This document shows, piece by piece, positions 53,383-61,105 of a stretch of DNA of 64,000 nt (the stretch's first letter is position 1; every line of letters begins with the position of its first letter). The position numbers and the translations under genes were made by a program. The stretch comes from Planctomycetia bacterium. Its GTDB lineage: Bacteria > Planctomycetota > Phycisphaerae > Phycisphaerales > SM1A02. The notes under the pieces are model-generated. The model did not search any database and had not been told where the DNA came from. It worked only from the letters and a program-made list of their open reading frames with translations. The DNA lies in NCBI GenBank assembly GCA_005776885.1, contig SXOD01000019.1, positions 33,577-97,576 on the forward strand. The letters run 5' to 3'.

Positions 53383-56300
53383 TCAGTCGCTTTCGAGTCC
53401 GTCACCCGGGCGACGGGTGTTGAAGAGGTCGTGCAAGGCGCGAGCCGTGGGGCTGAGCGAAGTTCCATCGCGGGTCGGGAGTGGCTCGAGCGTGGCGCCG
53501 GCCCCCGTAAATCGATCCATGTCCTTGCACCAGCCGTTGAGTTCCAGGATCCAATGTCGGGAGGCTCCTACGCTGGGAGCTGAATCTTGCGGCGGCTCAA
53601 ATCGAAGCCGCACTTCTTCTCCGGGCCCAAAGATTGCGCAGGCATCATCGATGCCCGAGAGCAGCGGCGTGCAGTCGCCGAACGCCGTGTACTGGCCGGC
53701 CTGCGACCGTGTGTCCCACAGCGGAGCGCGCCGCGAGTAGTCGAAGTGCGGGCGCTTCTGGGGGAGCGTGGTGCGGGCGGGGAAGCCGCATTCGTGGACG
53801 CCTCCTGAGAGCAGCACACTCTCGCGGCGAACCGCATCTGGGCACCGTTCAACGCCCACACAGCGAACGCGGTCGATGTACAGCTCCACGGTCGTCGTCA
53901 GGCGAAGCGTTGTGGCGCCTGCGGGAAGGAGGGACGCGTCCAGCGGGAACGCTGCAAGCCGAGGCATGCCGGCCGGATAGCCGTACTGCTCTTGGAGCAT
54001 GACCCACTCGCCAGTCGCCGGATCAAGCGCCTCAATGGTGGGAGCTTCGGGTGAGATCCCCTCCTGCCACATGGCGAAGTTGGTCTGGCCATACGGGTAC
54101 TCCACCCAGCCGTCCATGAGGAGGACGGGGGCCCCGGGGAGTTGGTCGAGCGGGCGGTCGAACGCAAGCGTCAGCACCAGCGGCGACGAGAGGAGACCAA
54201 TGTGGCGAGGGTGTTGGGGTGGGCCGATTGCGGCGAGGCCGTCCGCACTGGCCAGCGCGACAGTTGCATCACCGTGCCCGGCCACGGTCGCAGCTCGCAG
54301 GCTGGCCACCGAGCCATCACGCCAGAAGATCGGCTCTCCCGTCGCTGGCGGACCGAGGACCGCAAGCCGTTCATCGACCCCCATGTTCCAGCCTGAAGGA
54401 ATGTCGAAGGCGACCAGCCGCGCGGCATCGAGGCAGCACGATTCTTCCATTGGTTCGCCAAGCCGGATCTCAATGGCGCCTTCGCGTGGGACGACAGCCG
54501 ACGCAGGAAGCAGCACGCCCTCGCGCGGCGTCGGCGGCGCATACTGCGGCAGAAGTCCGTGTGGCGTGCACTCCACGCCGGTCAGGTACCCGATGCCGCC
54601 AACACCGAGACAATCCGTCACGAACTGAAACTGCTCACCGTCCCACCCGAAGATGACCGGGCACGATGACACCTGCCGCTGTGTCTCCACGATTCCGGTG
54701 TGGCCAGGCTTGAGATCAAGCTCTGTCTGAAAGAGTGCGTCGGGCCAATCCAGCCGAATGAAGTCCGCCCGGGGCCGACCGGCGAGGCCCACCGCTTCCG
54801 GCTGCACGCCCTGCGCGCCAGCACTGGAGTGCGGCAACACGCTTCCCTGCGACCATGCTGCGCCATTGCGGATCGCGTAGGCCGTGCCGACGCCAGACGC
54901 ATTGGATCGCATGCTCTGCGACGGGTCCACTCGACCACTGAGCGTGAACGAAGCGAACGGCAAACGGCCGCGACCCGGAAGGCATGCCGCAAGCCGGACG
55001 GGACTGGCGTGGCCGCCCTGAGCCGTGTCCAACGCACCGATCAGGGTTGGGCCACGGTCATCTCGATTCACAAGCACATTCAGAAGCGCTAGCCCCTCGA
55101 ACTCCTGCACCAGCTGCCCTTCAAGGCTCCAGATCTTGGTGACACAATCCCGATCCCTCTGAGTGGCCACGAGCGCCGGGCGACCAGTGCCATCCACATC
55201 GACGACCGCCGCGTCAATGGAGTACCCGGGTGCATCGAGCAACACTCGAGGCGGGTTGAGTTCCCAGACCGTCACTCCACCGCCGGGCATCAGTCGGCGC
55301 ACCGTCACGCCGCACGTCTTCCCGGAGTCCGGGTGGACGAACGTGGTCGCGACAGGGCCATGCGTCCACGACTGGTCTTGAGCCCAGGACAGGAGGCCCT
55401 CGTTGCGCCAGAGTTGGCTCGCGCCAAATTCCTTGTTCAGGATGAGGTCGACATCGCCGTCTTGGTCGATGTCGCACAGCGTGGTGGAACGAGGTCCACT
55501 TGCTTGTGGGGCAAACTCCCCCGGCGCACCGGGCGCCGCTCCGCGAAGGACCGCCAGCGACTGGAAGGTCGCATCGCCAGCATTGATCCAGATGGACCAC
55601 CCATCCTTGGTCACCACCACCACATCCAGGTCGGCGTCGCCGTCCAGGTCCGCCAACTTGAGGTCCACGGGCTCGGCATTTCCAAGGTCAATGCCTCCCG
55701 CAAAGTCTTGCACACTCCACACCCCCTCCTTGGATTGCTGCGCCCATGCGGCGGCGCCCGAACGCAGCGCAAGGATGTCCGTTCGCGCATCCCCATTCAG
55801 GTCGCCAGCAGCTGAGACGCCATGCAACGCGATGAGTCCCTGGGTCGCCGCATCACTGTCTGGGACCGCACTCAACCCAGCGTCCGATCCAACGAGCACA
55901 TGCGTCACGGGAACAGGATCACCCTCCCGAACCCACGGTCGAGGGATCTGCAAGAGGTCAGTCCATGGGTCGCCATTGAGATCAACGGCCAGGGTCTGTG
56001 ACTCGAAGCCACCCTTCAATGGAACGCTCCCTCCGTCGATCAGGGCCGGGGGAAGAAACGGCTCCCCCTCCGGCTTGGTGACCGTGATCGCCTCCCGAGC
56101 GAGCGTCGCCATGGCGAGCGGACCCATCCTCGTGTACTTGAACTCGGCGAGATGAGCGCGGGGGTCGTTGGCGAGTTCCTCGAAGCGGGCGAGCAACCTC
56201 TCGCCCTCCGCAGTGTCCCCCGCCCGCATCGCACACCGGGAAAGCGCAAGCACGGCACTTCGCAGGAGCGGGTCCAGCTGCATCGCTCTCGCGTAATGCG

Positions 56301-56811
56301 GACGCGCCTGCTCCATCTCGCCAGCCATCTCGAAGGTCTGCCCGAGATAGAACGCGGCGAAGGCATCGTCGGGGCGCGACTTCACGGCACGCTCCAGCAC
56401 AACACGAGCGCTCTCCGGCTCGCCCAAGAACAAGTCGATAAGCCCGATGCAGTATGCGGCGCGGACGGCGATGTCGTCAGGTTCATCGCCCGCCGCCAGC
56501 GGAACCAGCATGGCTCGCGCACGCGATTGGCTGTCTTCATCGGAACCATTGAGCGTGGCGATGGCCAGATTGAGCGCGGCGAGTTGATCAGCCGGGTCGA
56601 TCGCCTGCGCCTCGGCAAACGCCTTGGCCGCACCCACGAAGTCGAACTGCCCCATGAGGCCCACGCCCCGATCCAGAGCGGCATTGAGTTCATCGCTTCG
56701 CTGGGACACGGCGGTGGGCGGCCGAGAGATCGTCCAGATCAGCGCCAGGCCAAGGACGAGCGCGCTCACCACGGTGAGGACTGCACCGCGATCGACGGCG
56801 CCTCGCTTCAC
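53383..56811 (-). CDS. Giant TPR plus FG-GAP/VCBS plus ASPIC/UnbV-like protein with a large conserved C-terminal extension
   Basis: 1142 aa. The GTG start overlaps the amidase stop (GTGA). It has an N-terminal TM helix (VLTVVSALVLGLALIW), a TPR block (aa about 40-220) and FG-GAP loops (DLNGDPWTDLLQ, GDLNGDARTDILA, ADLDGDADLDVVVV, CDIDQDGDVDLIL). An ASPIC-like segment follows, then about 400 aa more (SCPVIFGWDGEQFQFVTDCLGVGGIGYL...LLMDGWVEYPYGQTNF...ELNGWCKDMDRFTGAGATLEPLP). Confidence 0.8.
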   Translation of the reverse strand: MKRGAVDRGAVLTVVSALVLGLALIWTISRPPTAVSQRSDELNAALDRGVGLMGQFDFVGAAKAFAEAQAIDPADQLAALNLAIATLNGSDEDSQSRARAMLVPLAAGDEPDDIAVRAAYCIGLIDLFLGEPESARVVLERAVKSRPDDAFAAFYLGQTFEMAGEMEQARPHYARAMQLDPLLRSAVLALSRCAMRAGDTAEGERLLARFEELANDPRAHLAEFKYTRMGPLAMATLAREAITVTKPEGEPFLPPALIDGGSVPLKGGFESQTLAVDLNGDPWTDLLQIPRPWVREGDPVPVTHVLVGSDAGLSAVPDSDAATQGLIALHGVSAAGDLNGDARTDILALRSGAAAWAQQSKEGVWSVQDFAGGIDLGNAEPVDLKLADLDGDADLDVVVVTKDGWSIWINAGDATFQSLAVLRGAAPGAPGEFAPQASGPRSTTLCDIDQDGDVDLILNKEFGASQLWRNEGLLSWAQDQSWTHGPVATTFVHPDSGKTCGVTVRRLMPGGGVTVWELNPPRVLLDAPGYSIDAAVVDVDGTGRPALVATQRDRDCVTKIWSLEGQLVQEFEGLALLNVLVNRDDRGPTLIGALDTAQGGHASPVRLAACLPGRGRLPFASFTLSGRVDPSQSMRSNASGVGTAYAIRNGAAWSQGSVLPHSSAGAQGVQPEAVGLAGRPRADFIRLDWPDALFQTELDLKPGHTGIVETQRQVSSCPVIFGWDGEQFQFVTDCLGVGGIGYLTGVECTPHGLLPQYAPPTPREGVLLPASAVVPREGAIEIRLGEPMEESCCLDAARLVAFDIPSGWNMGVDERLAVLGPPATGEPIFWRDGSVASLRAATVAGHGDATVALASADGLAAIGPPQHPRHIGLLSSPLVLTLAFDRPLDQLPGAPVLLMDGWVEYPYGQTNFAMWQEGISPEAPTIEALDPATGEWVMLQEQYGYPAGMPRLAAFPLDASLLPAGATTLRLTTTVELYIDRVRCVGVERCPDAVRRESVLLSGGVHECGFPARTTLPQKRPHFDYSRRAPLWDTRSQAGQYTAFGDCTPLLSGIDDACAIFGPGEEVRLRFEPPQDSAPSVGASRHWILELNGWCKDMDRFTGAGATLEPLPTRDGTSLSPTARALHDLFNTRRPGDGLESD

Positions 56812-57818
56812 CGCGCTCCCCCACTCATGTGCCCCGCAACGAGAGCCGACTTCGCCGCGGCAATGCGCTCATCGTTGGAGGCAATGGTCGGCGGCAGAAC
56901 AGCGGGCTGGATGTACTCACGCGTCCCGTAGTGGTACGCCGACGAACGGTGGTGCGCGAGCATGTCGTGGCCGCGACGGCGTGCGCGCTCGGCCCGGAGT
57001 GCATCGATGTCAATGGGCGCGACAACGACTCGCTCGCCCTCCCCGGCGTCCGCCTGCGCCAGGATGCGACCATCAAAGTCCACCACCATGCTCGCGCCCG
57101 GCCACGAGAACGGGGGGTACTCCGACAGCTTGGCGCCTTGGTTCGCGGCCAACACAAACGCGGTGTTCTCAACGGCACGCGCCCGGTTCATGAGGGTCCA
57201 CCAGTCCATCGGAGCGGTGGCGCCCCAAGGGTCCATGTAGGCGCTCACGCGGATGAGGACCTCCGCGCCCGCAAACGCCATCTCACGAAGCGGCTCGGGG
57301 AAGAGCCAGTCGTAGCAGATGGCGCAGCCAAGCCGCCCAATCTCTGTTTCCACGACGGGAAAGAGAGGCTCCGAATACCCCTGCGCCAGCAAGTCGTGCG
57401 GGCTGGTGTTGACCTCCCACGGAATCCAGGGATTCACCTTGCGGTAGCGAGACAGCACGCCCGACGGCCCCACCAAGAGCGTGGTGTTGAAGACATGTCC
57501 CGGCCACTTGGGGTCGCGCTCGAGGAAGGTGCCCGTCTGGATGAAGCACCCGCGCTCGCGGCAAAAGGTTTCGTAGGCAGGCGCGATGTCCCCCGCCTCG
57601 ACAGCGTAGTGCTCCAGAAGTTCAGGCACGGTCAGCTTGATCGGAACCGCGTGCGCAAACTCAGGGAACGCAAAGAGTCGAATGTCGTGAAAGGGCTCGT
57701 ATCCAACGCGCGCACCATCGGCCATCGAAAGCATGCGAGCGATGCGCCCAGGAATCGCGTCACGATTGGCTGGGCACTCCATGGCCGTCTGGATCGCGGC
57801 GGCGTAGTAGCGCGGCAT
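56808..57818 (-). CDS. Carbon-nitrogen hydrolase (nitrilase superfamily; aliphatic amidase/formamidase-like)
   Basis: 336 aa. Putative Glu-Lys-Cys triad contexts are FAFPEF, RYRKVNPW and LGCAICYDWLFPE. Confidence 0.85.
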   Translation of the reverse strand: MPRYYAAAIQTAMECPANRDAIPGRIARMLSMADGARVGYEPFHDIRLFAFPEFAHAVPIKLTVPELLEHYAVEAGDIAPAYETFCRERGCFIQTGTFLERDPKWPGHVFNTTLLVGPSGVLSRYRKVNPWIPWEVNTSPHDLLAQGYSEPLFPVVETEIGRLGCAICYDWLFPEPLREMAFAGAEVLIRVSAYMDPWGATAPMDWWTLMNRARAVENTAFVLAANQGAKLSEYPPFSWPGASMVVDFDGRILAQADAGEGERVVVAPIDIDALRAERARRRGHDMLAHHRSSAYHYGTREYIQPAVLPPTIASNDERIAAAKSALVAGHMSGGAR

Positions 57819-58076
57819 GGGCGGAGGCTAGCGGAGGGGTACACAGGGGAACCGGGGGCGACCCCAGCCGTGGTAGGCGAGGCACGGCGCATTCGAAGTG
57901 GCGATTCGACAGGTAGAATGTTCGCATGGAACGCTCCTGTCGATCCCGCGATCACTGGCCGATTTCCATCCGACCACTCCATGATCCCGACCAGGACCGG
58001 CGCGACCGCGAGTATTGGCTGTCGCGCCCACCTCACGAGCGAATGGAGGCTTCCGACAGGCTTCGAGAGGAGCGAC

Positions 58077-58520
58077 ATGGCCCACAACCAAGATTGGCGA
58101 GAGTGGCTCGAGTCATTGAACGCGAGCCGCGTTGAGTACATCGTGGTTGGCGCCATCGCGCTGGCCCAGCACGGGTTCGTGCGGTACACCGGGGACCTCG
58201 ATGTCTTTGTTCAACCCTCGCAAGACAATGCCAATCGCGTACTGGACGCGTTGCGGCGGTTCGGGTTCGGATCACTCAAGGTCGGAGCAGCAGACTTCGC
58301 GGTTGAGGGCCGGGTCGTGCAACTGGGCTATCCACCGGGGCGCATTGACATCCTGACCTCGATTGACGGCGTCGGTTGGGATGAGGCCAACGCAGAGGCG
58401 GTCTCAGGCGAGTACGGCGGCGTCCCGGCCCGGTTTCTGAGTCGGGACCTCCTCATCAAGAACAAGTTCGCGACAGGTCGCCCTCAGGACCTTGCGGATG
58501 CGAAGCGGCTGGAGGGATGA
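58077..58520 (+). CDS. Small nucleotidyltransferase-fold protein (DUF6036-like), 147 aa
   Basis: ATG at 58077 with GAGGAG upstream, inside ORF 56829..58520. Shows VEYIVVGAIALAQHGFVRYTGDLDVFV (a G-x...D-x-D NTase-like pattern) and a C-terminal LLIKNKFATGRPQDLADAKRLE, common in this small family. Confidence 0.6.
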   Translation: MAHNQDWREWLESLNASRVEYIVVGAIALAQHGFVRYTGDLDVFVQPSQDNANRVLDALRRFGFGSLKVGAADFAVEGRVVQLGYPPGRIDILTSIDGVGWDEANAEAVSGEYGGVPARFLSRDLLIKNKFATGRPQDLADAKRLEG

Positions 58521-58556
58521 TGCGGGACGGCACCTGGCGTTCCTAGCATCGGCCCG

Positions 58557-59174
58557 ATGTCCACGCGCCCATCGACCACCAACATCGACGGCCGCCGCCG
58601 GTGCTGGTGGTGTGGTGACGATCCACTGTACATGGACTACCACGACCTCGAATGGGGAGTCCCGGTGCGCGACGACCGCGAGCTCTTCGCCAAGCTGATG
58701 CTGGACGGCTTCCAGGCCGGCCTCTCGTGGAGCACCATCCTTCGCCAGCGCCCGGCGTTCGAGGAGGCCTTCTGGGGATGGGACCCAGAACGGATCGCGC
58801 GTGCGACGGCGCGAGACGAAGCCCGCCTCATGCAATGCGAGGGGATCATCCGAAGCGGGGCGAAGATCAGGTCCAGCATCGGCAACGCAAGGGCATACCT
58901 CAGAATCATGGACAAGGGCGGCGACGTGGCGTTCTCGGAGTTCCTGTGGCAGCATGTGGATCACCGCACGATCCAGCCGCGGTTCGTTCGGCGAGCGCAG
59001 GTCCCCGCGATCACCACGGAGAGCGAAGCCATGTCCAAGTCACTTCGCGCTGCCGGGTTCAAGTTCTGCGGCCCGACGATTTGCTACGCATTCATGCAGG
59101 CCGTCGGCATGACCAATGATCACCTGCGGGCATGCTGGCGGCATGTGGGATGTCTCATCCACGCTGATCGCTAG
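58557..59174 (+). CDS. tag: DNA-3-methyladenine glycosylase I
   Basis: Shows CWWCGDDPLYMDYHDLEWGVPVRDDRELFAKLMLDGFQAGLSWSTIL and FKFCGPTICYAFMQAVGMTNDH, typical of Tag. Confidence 0.9.
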   Translation: MSTRPSTTNIDGRRRCWWCGDDPLYMDYHDLEWGVPVRDDRELFAKLMLDGFQAGLSWSTILRQRPAFEEAFWGWDPERIARATARDEARLMQCEGIIRSGAKIRSSIGNARAYLRIMDKGGDVAFSEFLWQHVDHRTIQPRFVRRAQVPAITTESEAMSKSLRAAGFKFCGPTICYAFMQAVGMTNDHLRACWRHVGCLIHADR

Positions 59175-60385
59175 AGCAGTCTCCACCACGGCGCCGCGAG
59201 GACACCCGGCGCCAGCCACTCGACCGTGCTGCCTGTGTGAAGGAGGAGCCCGGCGCGGGCCTTGTCTCCGTACTCCGCCTGGAAGGTCCGCAGATGGGCA
59301 CAGTCACGGAGCCTCGGGCGCGTAGTCGCCTTGACTTCAATCGGCAAGAGTTGGCTCCCCGTCTCGACCACAAAGTCCACTTCGTCGCCAACGGCCGTCC
59401 GCCAATGCCCCAGTTCGGCGCGCTCGATACGCGAATCGCGCCAGGCCAACAGGTCATGCAACACCAGATTCTCAAGATGGGCACCGTCTGCCTCGGCGCC
59501 AGAGAGGTGCATCGCGACTCCTGTGTCTCCCCAGTAGATCTTCGGTGCCTTGATCAGGCGCTTGGTCCGGTTGACGGAATACGCCGGTAGTCGCACGAGC
59601 AAGTATGAGGTCTCCAACAGGTTGAGCCAGCGATGAACCGTGGGTTGCGGCAACGCCACATCGCGCCCCAACTCGGTCTGGTTGAGGACTTGACCGATCC
59701 GCAAGCATGCCGCGCGCATCAATCGACGAAAGTCCGGCAGGACGCCAATCGAGGCCAAGTCCTGCAAGTCGCGCTCCAAGTAGGTACGCACGAAGCCATC
59801 GAACCAGATGGCCCGATCCGCGGGCCGTTTCAGTTCGATCGCCGGGGTGGGGAAACCACCACGCCGCGCGAGTGCACGCCAGTCTTCCGGAGTGTCGTCT
59901 CCATCCGTCAGGAGCTCGCGCCACTCGTCGTCGGGAGTCGCGATCAGTTCCTCCCAGCGTCCAGCCTGCCCCTGCCCAGCCTGCTCGCGCCGAGTCATCG
60001 GCCACAGAGTGAGGTAACTGGCGCGGCCGGCCAGAGACTCCGACACCCGTCGCATGAGGAGCAGGTTGGCCGAGCCCGCCAGCAGGAAGCGTCCGGGCGT
60101 GCGATTCCGATCGATGGCCCGCTTCACTGCGGCGAGCATTCCAGGCTCGCGCTGCACCTCGTCGAGGGTCACCGGTCCCGGGTCCACGAACAGCGCCTCC
60201 GGTTCGCGCCGCGCGAGTTCGAGCACATCGAAATCGTCGAGGGTGAGGTAGCGCCGATGGCCTGGCAGAAGCTGCTCGGCAAGAGTGCTCTTGCCGGTCT
60301 GCCGCGCGCCGGTGACGACCACGGCCGGCATGACCCGCAGCCGCTCAGAGAGCGCACGAGCCACCAGACGAGGCAGAGTATTCAT
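59171..60385 (-). CDS. AAA+ ATPase with a DUF4143 / PD-(D/E)XK-like C-terminal domain
   Basis: ATG at 60385; the ATG at 60403 is the longest alternative. Walker A is VVTGARQTGKSTL and Walker B is VTLDEVQ. The C-terminus GDEVDFVV...LLPIEVK resembles a restriction-endonuclease-like fold. Its stop overlaps the stop of the convergent tag gene (CTAG). Confidence 0.85.
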   Translation of the reverse strand: MNTLPRLVARALSERLRVMPAVVVTGARQTGKSTLAEQLLPGHRRYLTLDDFDVLELARREPEALFVDPGPVTLDEVQREPGMLAAVKRAIDRNRTPGRFLLAGSANLLLMRRVSESLAGRASYLTLWPMTRREQAGQGQAGRWEELIATPDDEWRELLTDGDDTPEDWRALARRGGFPTPAIELKRPADRAIWFDGFVRTYLERDLQDLASIGVLPDFRRLMRAACLRIGQVLNQTELGRDVALPQPTVHRWLNLLETSYLLVRLPAYSVNRTKRLIKAPKIYWGDTGVAMHLSGAEADGAHLENLVLHDLLAWRDSRIERAELGHWRTAVGDEVDFVVETGSQLLPIEVKATTRPRLRDCAHLRTFQAEYGDKARAGLLLHTGSTVEWLAPGVLAAPWWRLL

Positions 60386-60389
60386 GCCA

Positions 60390-60406
60390 TGAATGATAAT
60401 CATTCA
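60390..60406. promoter_or_regulatory. Perfect 17-bp AT-rich palindrome TGAATGATAATCATTCA, Fur-box-like operator candidate
   Basis: Read directly. The central 13 bp AATGATAATCATT are identical to the core of the classical 19-bp Fur box GATAATGATAATCATTATC, and 14 of 19 positions match overall. It lies over the start-codon region of the ATPase gene. Confidence 0.5.
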
Positions 60407-60471
60407 CGCCGTGGATTGGCAAGCCACAGGCCTGATTTTCGAATCGCCCCCGTGCCGCTCTGCGTCACTCA

Positions 60472-60640
60472 CCCCTCCGGCGCGAAGTCGCCGGACTCAG
60501 CCCTCCGGCGCGAAGTCGCCGGACTCAGCCCTCCGGCGCGAAGTCGCCGGACTCAGCCCTCCGGCGCGAAGTCGCCGGACTCAGCCCTCCGGCGCCAAGT
60601 CGCCGGACTCAGTCCTCCGGCGCCAAGTCGCCGGACTCAG
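60472..60640. repeat. Tandem 28-bp repeat, 6 copies (TCCGGCGCGAAGTCGCCGGACTCAGCCC-like)
   Basis: Units start at 60476, 60504, 60532, 60560, 60588 and 60616. Each contains the hairpin CCGGCG-n6-CGCCGG. Copies 5 and 6 differ by one base in the loop (CGAAGT to CCAAGT), leaving the stem intact. The array abuts the fdx stop codon and ends about 70 nt from the palindrome. Confidence 0.95.
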
Positions 60641-61039
60641 TCAGTGCGGCACTTCCTTGACCGCATTGCGGTTCCACGCGGGCACGCGCAGCTGGATCGG
60701 GCCGTCGCCCTTCACTTCGCACTGGCAGGCCAGTCGAGAGTTGCGCTGGATCCCGGGAGCCTCTTCCACGCGGTCGTCTTCGGCCTCGGTGGAATCTGTG
60801 ACCGCGTCCATTCCCTTCTCGATGTACACATGGCAGGTGCTGCACGCACACACGCCGCCGCAGGCGTGTTCGATGTTGATGCCGTGGTCGAGCGCCACCT
60901 CCAGGAGGTGCTCTCCCTTGGCCGCCATCACGCGAACCACCTTGTCGGACTTGCCGGTCAGAGCCTCAGGGTCCTCGAGATGGAACTCAACCGGCACCGT
61001 GGCTGGGCCGTGGTCCGTGTGGTCGTGGCGCATGTGCAT
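60641..61039 (-). CDS. fdx: ISC-type (adrenodoxin-like) [2Fe-2S] ferredoxin
   Basis: ATG at 61039 inside ORF 60641..61603. Shows IEHACGGVCACSTCHVYI...SRLACQ, matching the C-x5-C-x2-C...C pattern of Fdx. 132 aa. Confidence 0.85.
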   Translation of the reverse strand: MHMRHDHTDHGPATVPVEFHLEDPEALTGKSDKVVRVMAAKGEHLLEVALDHGINIEHACGGVCACSTCHVYIEKGMDAVTDSTEAEDDRVEEAPGIQRNSRLACQCEVKGDGPIQLRVPAWNRNAVKEVPH

Positions 61040-61105
61040 GGAAGTGCGATTGTAGGAGATCGACCTCGCCAAACTAGACTGGTCGATCCGCCGATCTCCT
61101 TGCCC

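Noticed and set aside
56829-58076. Long N-terminal extensions in the ORF track (56829..58520 and 59633..62272; also 9649.., 13767..16085, 42872..44089 and 81..2267)
   Set aside because: The recognisable protein begins at an internal ATG or GTG with a Shine-Dalgarno-like sequence or a start/stop overlap. The upstream part is antisense to another real gene.
57926-58135. 69-aa ORF upstream of and overlapping the NTase-fold gene, considered as a possible antitoxin-like partner
   Set aside because: The product is extremely Arg/Asp/Pro-rich with no fold-like pattern, it overlaps the better-supported gene out of frame, and it has no ribosome-binding signal.
59171-60385. Mobile element or transposase interpretation of the ATPase with flanking repeats
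   Set aside because: No transposase or integrase motifs are present. There are no terminal inverted repeats or target duplications. The flanking repeats are tandem arrays on one side only. The protein is an AAA+/DUF4143 type.
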